Shown here: one piece after another, positions 36,390-48,274 of the stretch
Position numbering within the stretch: the first letter of the stretch is position 1
How the letters are laid out: every line of letters begins with the position of its first letter
From: Trypanosoma brucei
Taxonomy: Eukaryota
DNA: 64,000 bases
Assembly: GCA_000002445.1 (NCBI GenBank)
Contig: CM000207.1
Location: 2,688,001-2,752,000 of the forward strand
Direction: 5' to 3'
Made by a program: the position numbers and the translations under genes
The notes under the pieces: generated by a model
What the model was told of the DNA's origin: nothing
Seen by the model: the letters and a program-made list of their open reading frames with translations, nothing else
The model's database searches: none

Positions 36390-37340
36390 TTAGAAGGCCA
36401 ATTTCCCTCGTTTAGCGCAATATAGAGTTTTCTCCAAATATCTAGTGTTAAATTGTTCTCCTTTCAACTCTTTATACCAAGTAAGATTTTTCACAATTAA
36501 CTTTGCTTTCTCCTCCCATGCAATTGGTTGACCCGGAAAATGAATGAATGGGGCTTCGTCAATCACCCCACTATTTGGAATGGAAAATAAATGTTCCTCA
36601 TAATCCAATCCAATCATTCCTCTCTTCAAGACAAATCTCTGTCCAACAGCTTCTTCCTGAATTTCAATCCATATTAACAGAGGCTTTGAAATGCTTTGAT
36701 CCGAACACCACTCCTTACTTCCCTTTAGTAACTCTTCGAATGCATATTCAAATTTCCCAAATGCCCATACTCTTGCTACCAAACCACCACCACTAAGATA
36801 GGGGTTTTCTACTAGGAGGCGATTTCAGCAAATGCGGTAACTTCTTATCCTATTCTTTTCTGTAACCGACATTAAAAAACCAATAGCAATCTCTCTACAT
36901 GCTCTTTGTGATCTGAATTCCTAACCAAATCCAACTGAGGCGCATAACACTCTGATGTTGTCATGAATATAATAGGGGAAATATGCTTCTCTTTTACTAT
37001 ATCTTCTCCACTAAACTTCTCTTCATTTTCAGCAGTATTCTGTATAAAATATTCCACAGAATTTTCATATTTTTCTCCGTAAGAAACAATAACATCAGAT
37101 CCGTCTAAATGAATTAAAATATCCTCATCACTTACATTCTGTTTTTCTAAAAATTCCATAACCCATCTAGGCCTTTTTACATGACTATACAAACCTCCCA
37201 TCGCAATTGTAATAATTTAAACATTGTTTAGTTTGGCACTCAATATGAGCCTACACCATCCTTGAGTTCCATGAGTCGGAACGACAACCACAAAGACTCT
37301 CGGATACTTAGTAATATTATGTGTTATATTTTCCCTGTAT
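36390..37340 (-). pseudogene. Fragmented copy 2 (most complete) of unassigned array-associated family
   Basis: ORFs 36872..37201 and 36390..36782 minus plus upstream piece ...VFVVVVPTHGTQGWCRLILSAKLNNV decoded manually; stops between pieces. Confidence 0.6.
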
Positions 37341-38099
37341 GATGTTGAAGAGGCATTGATCTTAAACACAAAAAATGTAAGAGCAGCGGTAAGAGTAAAG
37401 TTCTCGAGTTACTAAATTTTATGACTTAATTTACCTTTTAAATTTCAGAGAGTTGTAGGAGAATCATAGAAAACTTATGAAAAGAGTTAAGATTAACCAA
37501 TAATGTGGTTAGTTAAGGCAACGCTGTGTAGGTATATTGTCAATTGTTCCATATTGTTATGATAGATGTGTTTATGATTGTATGCTTAGTGTCTGCACTT
37601 CGTTTTTTTAGTGCGCATACATTGTTTTTCTATTTAGCTTCAACCACACAAAGACCTTTACGCTAAATGCTTTCATCTATTCAGTAGACTCACTTTTCCA
37701 CTCCATGCATTGTCATATGAATGAAAATAGCTAGTTGTTATGGTTATTGGTTCAGAAATACTAAGATTTCTGCTGGTGGATGCGTTACCTCCAACAATCA
37801 TCTACTTTTATCATGCACTTTCTATCACTTTGGATACGTCAGAGGTTCCATTTTCACTGAGCCTGGACTCTGTTTCTTCCATATTGTCCTTCCATTATCT
37901 TGTTTATTATAATTCCAATATTAATATTTGTTTTTGAAACTGTGCATTTTCCATTTCTTTCTCTTTATCTGCATTTTTTCTTTCTTGTGAAAATATTCCT
38001 GTTCCTCTTGCACTCACTCATGCTCACTTATACTCACTCAGTTTACTCCCTTTCCATTGTAGTAAGTGATTTTATTTTGTATTATTATCATTATCATTA

Positions 38100-38250
38100 A
38101 TACTTTTATGAAAATAGTAGCTTATACATACTCACAAAACCTTTTTCCAAAAATAATTATTATCATCTTTTTTCTTTACAGTTACTATTATTACCATTAG
38201 TCTATCCTAGTATCCATGAAATAAACGGAATAAATCATATTATAATAGAA
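38100..38250 (-). repeat. 70-bp repeat region (degenerate)
   Basis: TTATCATTATCATTAATA...ATACATACTCACAAAACC. Confidence 0.45.
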
Positions 38251-38373
38251 TTCATTTTTTCATATCCTATCACTCTGATACTTTATATCTATATGCTAGC
38301 ATTGCGCACATTGCCAAAATTTTTATATTTTCATAGTTCTTGAGTTTTTGAAAATTTGCACATTTCATCAAAA

Positions 38374-38389
38374 AGTGTTAAAATATATC
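38374..38389 (-). promoter_or_regulatory. VSG 3'UTR 16-mer of VSG 38482..39836
   Basis: GTGTTAAAATATATCA exact. Confidence 0.85.
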
Positions 38390-38481
38390 AAATGTTAGTA
38401 AGATTTACGAAATTCTCTCAAAATATCAAATTTTCATCTGTCTAATAAATTTGAGCAAAAATTCTCAAAATGCTACAAAAC

Positions 38482-39836
38482 TCAAAAGAGCAGCCCCATC
38501 ACAGCCAATTTCTTATTGATGATGAAACTGGAATCTTTGCACTTGTTATCTTCCCATTTGCAGCCGGGAACTTCGGTGCTGGTATCCTCCGCTTTACCTG
38601 CATATTTATCCTCTTTCTTTTCTTACGCTTTCGCTCCCTCTTTAGCTTCGCACTTTCCATCTTTGTCTGTTCCTTTTCATACACAGGGCTCATTGCACTA
38701 ACGTTTACCCTTGTAATCGCATTCTTTATCTGCTTGCGTGTTTGTATTACTTTTTTAACCACCTCCGTTGCTGCTGCTGTCTCCGGACACATTTTTCTTG
38801 CGCTGGGGATCAGTGTTTTTGACTAAGTGAGAAGTTTTCTCTTTCTCTTGTTTTTGTATTCGGTGCCGTCCCGCATTGATGCCAGCGCTGTTTGTAGCTG
38901 TTGAAGTTGTGCCTCTTCCACGTCGTAGTTGACCGCTGGATCGTTGGTGTCTAAAAGTGATTTTTGTACTTGGAGTTTGCCTGTTATTTTTGGTGTCTAC
39001 CTTGAGCAATTGCGTTGCCATCCTTGAAGGGTCTGCGAGTTGCTGTTCTAGTAGCGTCATTTTTGCTTTACAGTGCCCGAAATCAGTGCCATCTACTGTT
39101 TGTTTGCCATGGTGGGGCCAGTCCGTGTGAGTGGCTTCTGCGGAGTGGATGACTTTAAACAGGCCGTTTCCACACAGCGTGTCTTTGTGATTGTCATTTT
39201 CTGCGTAAGATTCGCCACCATTGCTGCCATATTGTGTTAGCATGCAGCCTTTGTTAGTCGCTGTCTGAAAGTCTGCCTGTGTGCCCATGGCTGTTTTGAA
39301 CGCACCGTCGTATTTTTTTGCGTGTTTAGAGTCTTTTCCGCAAATGTAGTTAGTTTTCCGCTCTCTTCTAGGCAGCCTGCTAGTTTATTGTTTCCTTTGT
39401 GGTTGTATGCTGCCCTTCCTTTGTCGATGCAGTAGTTGGTCGATCCAATTGCTGCCTTGAATATGCCGACAAAATTGTCTATTCTGCCTGCGAACAAATT
39501 GCACGTTGCGGCTGCGTAGACTGCTGTTTCAGCATTTGTGTGGAGTGTTTTTATCATGGTCGTTGTTGTCCTCTTAACTGCCAGGGATATTATCTGCAAC
39601 CATTCAGAACCGTTCATGTGGTCTTCTGTTACCAGCATTTGCAGGTCGCCGTCTAAGTTCTGAAGTCTCTGTATTACACCCACGTAGCTGGTTAGAATGG
39701 ACGCCACTTTAATGGTTAAGCTTTTTAGTTCGCTGTTGAAGGCTCAAATTTTCGTCATGTCCGCGATCCTACGAACTTCCTTGTACCCCGTGGCAGTGTT
39801 CGAAAAAACACTGACCACTAAAAATATCACCTTCAT
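38482..39836 (-). pseudogene. VSG (signal peptide MKVIFLVVSVFFEHCHG then stop; N-domain ORF 39237..39707; C-domain 38755..39288; GPI tail KCKDSSFIINKKLAVMGLLF*)
   Basis: ORF track plus manual translation at 39720-39836 and 38482-38545. Confidence 0.75.
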
Positions 39837-40939
39837 TTGTTGACCGTGGATCAAACTTCTGCCAGCTCCAGTTTCGTTCATTCTGCATTCCTATATACGG
39901 GCTGCCTTACTTTAAGAAGATTAGGGTTTAAAATTACGAGTTTCAGCTACGGTAGATGTATACTTGTTTTGCCGGATCATCTCCCGTGCACGCTGACCTC
40001 CATTCATATCGTAGAGGCTGCCGCCGCGAGGTTTACCGCTGTGGGATGACAACATTGAGCAAGGTGGTGCTTAACCTCCGATTGAGTCGCTGCTTTTGAC
40101 AATCTTCAGAAGAGTTTCCTAGTTTCCCGTTAAGTTTGTCGTTACGCCGGCTTTGTGTAGAGTTTTAGGTCGGTTGAATGTTTTTTGCTATTGATCGTAC
40201 TACACTGTTAAGTTGTTTGTTTCTGTTTACAGGGGTTACTAGTAGTAGTAACAAAAGGGTATGTATACGTCGTGAGGTTTTCCGAGCGCTGCACCGCAAA
40301 ACATGGTACTCTTTCTGATTGATCTTGAACTCAGAGTTATATGTCTAATTTATGCCCGCGTACAATAGCCAAATAAGCTTACCAAGTCATCTATAAAAAG
40401 TCCTGCGTCATCGGTTGATAACACCTAAACAAAATACCCCACATTTATTATATACACTGCGTGCCCTTGACACACTGTCTTATATAAGTATTAGCAATCA
40501 GATTTAAAAACGCTTGACGTCACCGTCTCTGCAGTAGAATCTATACATTTTTAAGTGTAATATTTGAAATAATCCGCTCCTTCTGATATCATATTTTTTC
40601 TGTTTGGTGATACTACGTATCTCGTTCCTCCACTATGTATTTTTTGCTTTCTTTTACCCTTTTTCGTTCCTTCTCCGGATAACGTACCGACGGCATTTGG
40701 TCTTTACTATGAACTCTGTCTCCTCCACCTTGAACCCACCATCGTCTCCTTCTGTATAATGATGCCTATCGTTACGCTTTCTTGAAACGACACATATTCT
40801 ATATCCCTCACTATCCTTCCACCTCTCCATTAATCATATTCTTCTTACCCCCTCTCACTTCCTCTCTTGCTTACTGTCCCAGTCAATCACATAATCTGAT
40901 TGTATACTTGCAATTGCTTTAATTTCTTCTATTTTGCCG

Positions 40940-41020
40940 TAGATTTAGCCTTGATCACTACTATTATTATAATATTCGTATATGCACACTTACAACAATT
41001 TCCTATCATTATCAATATTA
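40940..41020 (-). repeat. 70-bp repeat unit followed by TAACCCTAACCC
   Basis: TTATAATATTCGTATATGCACACTTACAACAATTTCCTATCATTATCAATATTATAACCCTAACCC. Confidence 0.7.
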
Positions 41021-41265
41021 TAACCCTAACCCAACAAACATCCATAAAATAAACAAATTAGAATAGCACTCATTTTCCATCCCCTTTCACCCTCCGGCTT
41101 TGCATCCACAGGTCAGTATCATACGAAATTTTCATATTTTAAAGGTTTTCAATATCTTCATATTTTTCATTAATTTGTACATTTTAATAAAAAAGTTAAA
41201 ATTTAGTAAATTTCCTCCAAATAGAAAATTTTACAAACTTTAGTAAAACGTTTTTGAAAACTTAA

Positions 41266-42756
41266 TTATAGAAACAAAACTTCAAGCAAAAGATGGGCCT
41301 TATGAACGACAAAAGAATTTCTTCCTGTGGTGTTTGTGTTTTTTCATCATTCCCTTCTTTTTCTGCTTCTTTTATTACTTCCTTTTGGTTTCCTCACTTA
41401 ATGTGCACTTCTTTTTGCCATCTTCTTCTTCAACAACTTTGCATGGGGGTGTACATTTATTCCCTGGCCCCTTCTTCTCACAAGTTGCGTCTGTTTCTGT
41501 TATTTTTCTGGTTACTGTGTTGTTTTTTTTGCTATTTCTTCCTGCAATTGCTTTCCCAAGTTTTCAAAGGTTTCCTCGTTTTTTATGTGTCTGAGAAGCA
41601 AACTTTTTCTCATGTCTTCGGGGTTGCTGTTAGTTTTTATTTTTTTCTGCCGTCTTGTCAGCTTGGACCTGTGTTACGGGGAGGCTGTCTATTTTGGTTT
41701 TTATCTTTTCGGCCTTGTTCTTAGAGTCCCCTGCTACGCTGTCTAGCAAGGCGGCTGTCCCATAGTCGTTTTTGCTAGTTTTGTCCGTTAGTTTGGCGCC
41801 TTTCCGGACGCTTGTTATAAGCTGAGCTTCCTTGCCTTTGCCGATTACGTGAGCTAGTATTTCGTCCTTTGTTTGGCCGCAGCCGTCATACTCGGCTTTG
41901 ATTAGATGTCCGATGGCATTGAACAATTTTTCTGGTGCTGTTTGTGGATTTTTGTTTCCCAGTCTGTTCCGAGGGTGTCTAACTTGAGGGTGTTTATTGC
42001 TGTGGTTGCGTGGTTGTTGTGAGCAGTTACTGTTAGAAACCCAAACATGACCGGAGTTTCTGGTGGCGATGGCCTTTGCCAGAGTTCGGATGTTGCTGAG
42101 CCTGCGCTGACAGCTTTTAGCAGTCTGCATTTTGTGCTCGCTTGCGCGTTCGAACCGTCGCCGTTTGAGCTTAACTCCTTATAGCCTGTCTTGTCCAGCA
42201 CCTCTGTGTTGGTCCCTGCTGTTGGTGTAATGTCGGCTGTTGACGTTGGTGTGCAACCCAGGCGAGTATTGGCGTTGGTTCCGCTTGGGTTGCCGCCCAC
42301 TGCAGCCAGGCAAGTGCCTGTGGTGCCTCCTGTGGAAACAGCTATTAAGAAGTCGACGAATTCGTTTATCGCTCCTGTTGCCTTGCCCGCGTTAACTGTC
42401 GCCAATAAAGCCACCTTCTGCAGCTCTTCTAGTTCTGCTGCTGCTGCAGCCCCACAGGTTCCTGCAGCGGCCGCAGCTGCCTTGTAGAGTGTTGACGCAT
42501 TGGCATCGTCCTCTGCTTCGGCTGCCAGAAAAACGATCAGCTCCGCCTCATAAGCAGCTTTGATTTCCTTTATGAGAGCCTCTTGCTTTTGTAGTGCTAC
42601 TGAAGATATTTTGTCGAGCTCAGTTGCGACCCTGCAAATCTTTTGTACCTCCGCTTCGTCAAACGCCTTGGCCGACGGCTCCGCAAGTTGAACCGCTGTC
42701 GCTAGCGTTGCCATTAGGCCTATGTATGTTCGCACCACTGGCTTTGAGCTTATCAT
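41266..42756 (-). pseudogene. VSG (N-domain 41902..42756 with Ala-rich segment; C-domain 41630..42130; GPI tail NSFVVHKAHLLLEVLFL* in shifted frame)
   Basis: ORF track plus manual translation 41266-41330. Confidence 0.75.
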
Positions 42757-44436
42757 TATTTTTTCTATTTCTGGCTTATTGTTCGTTGTGTGTTTGGCTA
42801 TGTAATAGCTGCGACACGATGGTTCTTAGATTGGCACGGTGACGTTGTTTCTTCTGTTTTTCTGGCTTATTATCGTTCAGTTGGGAAAAGGTTATTAGAC
42901 TCTGTTTGCAGCTTGTGGAGTGCAGCCCACGCCGCCGCTACAGCTGCTGATAAGCTCGATATATTCGGCTGTCAACGCTTTTCAGAAGCAGCCTGCTGTG
43001 CCACCGAAACCGCATTCTGGTAGCTGCTTTCTTATGCGATCACTTAAATTTACCGTCTTGAATTAAAAAATTTACTAACATCAATTATTTCATGTCCAGC
43101 CTCCATCCAAAATTTTTCCATATTTACCAACACAATATTGGATATCGATTCAAAATTATATCTAAAGCACTCTCCTTGTTTCTTCTCTGCACATTGTGAT
43201 TGCATATACCTCCTTATTTTTTATAGTTGTGATTAAATGTATTAAAACTTCTTCTCGGTCAGGTTTCTGACTATTCCAACCATATTTGACACTCAGAATC
43301 TCACCGTTAAAAAATTTCTTGTACTAGTGCTGCAAACATCTGCGTTATTTTCCGCGTCAATTTTGTTTAAAGGTAGTTTGTAGATCTGTCAAATTTGCTA
43401 TCGATCGCCTCTTTGCCTCGCGTTCTCGAAGTATTGCAGCTGACAGCCTGTCGACTAAAGTTGGTACTAACATTGCTACGCACGGCATCAGTCGCCCTGA
43501 CGCAGATCCTTGGCTTTCGCTGCTTCTTCAGACTTTGTGGTTGCAAATCTTTTAACACAAAGAGTTTTTAACAAGTACAAACTAACACTAGCTCTTAGTT
43601 GTATTCGTCTCCCCTACTTACTTTCTTCTTTCTCACTTAACGATACAGAAAGCTGCAGGGTCCAGAAATACATATGGGAAGTCGATGCTATTTACTGTTT
43701 CCTTACTGGGTGATTCGAACCACTTGCACTTTTCCATGTTTTTTAGCTTCTAACATGCCAAATCTGCAGCTTAGACTTGCTTTTTACATTTTGGATGCTA
43801 ATACAGAAAATAAAGAAATGTTTGCGCCCATACAATACCTTGCCGATTTGGCTACGTCTCAAAACAACGAAGACTCAGTGTTTCCACACTATCTTCTCAT
43901 TCAAAAACGCTTTGATCACCGATATACCATGCCGGTTTTGACTCATTCTTTTATCTGCTTCTATTTTTACTAATTTAGCGCTACTTTTGTTTCTTTCTGT
44001 AAGTTCAACTGTGGCCATTGTACGCTTGCCTCTGAATACACTTTCTAGCTGTCGTTAATACAGGTACCACAAGCACTTTAAGATGAGTTATACGCTCTTT
44101 ATCTCGTCAATTACCTCCAATGTTGCTATAAGGTACAAAGGTATTATATTCCTTATTTTCCTTTCTTCCTTTCCGCTTTCTGTCACTGTTTCTACAGATT
44201 CCGTAGTTACTCTCCTTAGCTTATACACTGGAATTCGACTCTCCCTGATTATTCTTTCTACAATCTAGTTATGTATAATAATATCCATAATCATGTTTGA
44301 GCATGAACTGCCTATATTTCATCTCCTCATTCTCCTCTTCACTCTTCTACTTACTCCCATTGCATCCTTGGAATTTTTAAAAATGTTTCTATTTATCGAA
44401 TCCACTTCGTACTCTCATTATTGCTCTCATTATAAT

Positions 44437-44660
44437 ATTCGTATATACACACTCACAACACTCTTCTATCATTATCATCATCATTATTATTATTATTATT
44501 ACTGCTCTTATTATAATATTCGTATAGACACACACTCACAAGACTCTCCTATCATTATCATCATTATTATTATTATTATTATTACTGCTCTTATTATAAT
44601 ATTCGTATAGACACACACTCACAAGACTCTCCTATCATTATCATCATTATAGCCCTAACT
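44437..44660 (-). repeat. 70-bp repeats, three tandem units (~80-bp period)
   Basis: Three near-identical units CTCTTATTATAATATTCGTATA(G/T)ACACACACTCACAA(G/C)ACTCT(C/T)CTATCATTATCATCATTATTATTATTATTATTACTG read directly. Confidence 0.9.
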
Positions 44661-44799
44661 AATTTGCATTAATAAAAAAATACAAGAAAAGTTAGAATAT
44701 CACTCATTTTCACATTTTCATCAGAAAGTGTAAAGGTATATAAAGTTCAGATAAATTTATAAATTTTATATAATCAAGAAAAGATTTTAAAAATTGTTG

Positions 44800-45060
44800 A
44801 ATGCTACAAAAATAGTAAAAGCAGCAGCCGTCAGAGCCGATTTGTTATTTACAAGTAAACTAGAATCACTTCAAGCTTTATTATTCCATTTGAAGTTATT
44901 GCCCTTTTGTACAGGCATCCGATGTAATGTGGCTAGTGCAGTTGCAGTTGCAGTTGTTTTATCCCCGTCTTTCTTTTCTCCTGTCTCGCCTCCTGTATTT
45001 TTTCTCTCCTTCTTGTTTTACCCCTTCTGCAGCTGTTGTTAGCTTTTCCATTTTTTGAAC
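44800..45060 (-). pseudogene. Orphan VSG 3' fragment (C-terminal domain remnant with GPI-like tail)
   Basis: Sequence AAAGCAGCAGCCGTCAGAGCCGATTTGTTATTTACAAG parallels C-tails at 9454-9520 and 16080-16140. Confidence 0.5.
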
Positions 45061-45239
45061 ATAGTAGTAAGCCATTGCCTTACCGAGGTTGTTCTTGTTT
45101 CAATGCTTGCCAGCGCTAAAAAAACGGCGGTGCAGCGCCATAGGCCACACACCAGGGTCTTTAAAAAAAGTTTGAAGCCTGTCCCTACGAAACGTTCAGA
45201 GGCGAAATTAGCGAAAGCTACAAGAGTACAATTGTAACA

Positions 45240-45700
45240 ATGTGGGAATAAAATTAGTATGAGAAAAATTTAAGCGAGGATGCTGCCGTTCAAATAAGGG
45301 TTAGGGTTTCACTAAAAAGAGAGCTGCTGTGCCACAAAAAAAAAGTGAATCAAAAAATGGGTCGATATTGAGATGGAAATTAGAGCTGCAGATGTAAACG
45401 TAAACAAAAATGTCTGCTTCATCAATAAGGGTTAGGGCCACATCAAAAAAAGAACCAAAATCGTGACGTATCATTGGTAGTATAAAAAAACCAAGAAAAA
45501 AAATCATAACCCTAACCCTAACCCTAACTATCCCCCCTCCCCATTTCCCCGGCTGCACAAAAAAAACTCCAAAAAAAAAGGAAAGAGAAAAAAATTTTTA
45601 GTTGTCAGAAAAACAAAAAAAATTTACAGAATCAGAAGTTTTTTTACAACCAACAAACAAAATCTCGGCTGGATTTACGTGTTAAAATATATCAGAAATT
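45240..45700 (-). repeat. Telomere-hexamer cassette copy D (GGGTTAGGGTTT 45298-45309; GGGTTAGGG 45429-45437; (CCCTAA)3 45508-45528) ending in 16-mer 45679-45694
   Basis: Read directly; same flanks as copy A (…AAAATTTTTAGTTGTCAGAAAA…ACAGAATCAGAAG…GTGTTAAAATATATCAGAAA). Confidence 0.8.
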
Positions 45701-45738
45701 TTAACCAAAGTTTTAGCAAGGAAGAAAAAGAGGGGAAA

Positions 45739-47184
45739 TTAAAAAAGCAAAAATGCAAGCAAAAGAGAAACCTTCTTAATCACAAATGAATTGCTCCCTG
45801 TGGTGTTTGTGGTTGTTTTTCCATCTTCTTTTGTTACATCTGCTTTTTGTGCTTTCTCTGTGATTTTGCACTTTTCTTTTGTTTTATTCCATTCGCAACC
45901 CTTAGTGGTGCCGCATTCAGCTTGGCCCTTGCCTTCGCATTTGGCCGCCTCCGCTTTGGTAACTTGACAACCTTCTTTGTCGTCCTGCGCTGCTGCGAGT
46001 TGACATGCTGTTTCGTTCAGAGCGATGCGAACAAGTGTTGCTGCTGCTACTGCTTGTTCTGCTTTATTAGCTGCTAAGTTGGCCTGCTTGAATTTTTTGA
46101 TTGTTTCGTGTATGCTCTTGAGCTTGTTGGCTTTGACAGTTATCTCTTTTTCGGGGTACTTATCCACCACAGTTTTCGCTGGAATTTTGAGGTCTTGCCA
46201 TGTTGACTGATCTGTGCCTAAGAGAAGCAACAGTTTGTCCGCTTGTTCTGCTGACTTAAGTTGGTCGACGATCTCTGCCAGGTGCTTTGAGCATTCTTGG
46301 TATGTTGAATCGTCGGCTGTTGGCGCCGTTTTCGTCTGCCAGTTTGTTTGGGTCGGAGCACTGCCCGTTGATGTCGTGAACAATTCGCCGCCCCAGTTGA
46401 CTGCTTGAACTATGTTCTGGCCGTTAATGTAGCCGCCATCTGTTGAGTCGTGCATGGTGAGTCCTCAGTCTGCTTCGCTGCCGTCGGCAGCTAGTTCGGC
46501 GCCGGCGTCTTTTAGGGCTGCGTATTTGCCGGCCACGTTAGGCTCCTCCGAGCTGCTGGATTTTAGTAGCGGCGGGCTACGTCCGGTAGCATCCGCGATG
46601 CAATCAAGTTCATTTGCCTTTGCTTCGTTTGTCGTCCCCTTGATGCAGTAGTTTGATCCTGCTGTTGCTGCCTGGAAAAAGACACTAACAAATTCGTGGA
46701 TTTTGCCTCCGTAGAAAGCGCAGCGCCTTGCTGTTAGTATGGCTCTTTCCGCTCCGTTTTGTATTTTTTGGGCTGTTTCGACTACTAGCTTACTGGCTGG
46801 CAGTAACAGTGTTGACATTTCCTCGTACACCGCTCCGTCAGTTGGTAGAACTGCTGTAAGCAGAATCTGTTGTAGTTCTTGCAGCTCCATTGCTTCTTGT
46901 CCAAGCTTTTGTAGACGGCCGGCGACGTATGCCGGGACCTTTGTCATTTCAAGTGATAAATGGCAAACTTTTTGCATTGCTGCCACTTTTAAGGGCTTTT
47001 TGTGTGCTGACTCTCCTAGCTGGGCATTGGATATCGCTATTGCTGCTACCACCGCTGCTAGTCTCCACATCCTTTCAGTCGGCTTAAAATCTATGAAGCA
47101 ATATGTTCGCACGTGCGGTTCTTGCCTTTCGGAGTATCGGAAGCTGTGATGAATGTGGTTCAGAGATAGCAGCGCTTGCTTCAA
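45739..47184 (-). pseudogene. VSG (N-domain ORF 46465..47184; C-terminal ORF 45739..46455 with GPI signal SNSFVIKKVSLLLAFLLF; one stop or frameshift near 46455-46465)
   Basis: ORF track. Confidence 0.85.
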
Positions 47185-47984
47185 GTTTTTTGGGAACGCA
47201 GCTGTTGGAGGGAATGTGTAACCACTAGGGAAAACTAGCTTGGGTTAGCGCCTTTTTTTAGTTTTTGTTAAAATTGCGGGCCCAGGCTCCCGGTGCTGAC
47301 GTTACAAACATCATAAACTCTAGAGTTGCCTATGATATTTTTGATTATCTGCATTATAGGCTGCAATATATTTTGCTACTGCGCAGTGGCAGACTGACAA
47401 TACCACGCCGCTGCTGCTGGTTTATGGTGTTCTGCCGTCTGCTGAAATTAGCTTCTACAAACACTTCACACTCTTTGAATTTTCAGTTGCTTGCCTGTGC
47501 AGATAGTAATCAATATTCGTTATCAAATTACGAATTACACTCGTTGGCTGCCATTTCTACAGCCACATCATCCCATTGCTGTGTAAAATATAAGTCACCG
47601 TTTGTCTTTCCTGTATTAGTTTACCCCGTAGTTACCTGCTGTGAATTTTTTTGGTTCATTCTGTATTTTCTATACTTCCACTTTGTCTTCTATTGCTTTT
47701 TCTGTGGATAAAGTAGCGCTTCCACATCCCTTGTACGCTAGACTTTGCTTCTCTCTCTAATATTCACTTCATCATATCATTATATACAATGATTCCCATA
47801 GTCATGATTTGTTCACAACTGCGAATATTGCATAAATCAATGTCTTTGTATTTCTTAGCTACTCTTGATAAAATTATTTGTGTTCTCTATGCCTTACTCT
47901 CTCTCTTACTTGAATTGCATCATTCAAATTATTTTAAGTGCTTTTGTTTTGTCAGTGTCTTTTGTCTTAACAACCACAATTATT

Positions 47985-48035
47985 ATTGTAATATTAGTAT
48001 ATACACAGCCACAATACTCTCCAAAAATTATTTTA
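47985..48035 (-). repeat. 70-bp repeat unit
   Basis: TTATTGTAATATTAGTATATACACAGCCACAATACTCTCC. Confidence 0.6.
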
Positions 48036-48274
48036 GACGTAACTAATACGCGTAAAAACAATAAAACAACTAAACCATATTAGAATATCACTTATTTTTT
48101 ACCTAACACCCTACGACTTTGCACTTATAAGAAACATTCATACCAAAATTACATATTTTTTAATGTTCAGCATTTTGCGCATTTTCATTGAAAATTTATA
48201 GTATTTATAACATTTTAGCAAATTCTATCAAATTTTAACAAATTTCATACATTTGAGCAAGAATCTTTAGAAAG

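Noticed and set aside
44437-44660. Tandem ~80-bp repeats considered as a possible CRISPR-like array
   Set aside because: The units are contiguous with no unique spacers, match the trypanosome 70-bp VSG-associated repeat, and the locus is eukaryotic.
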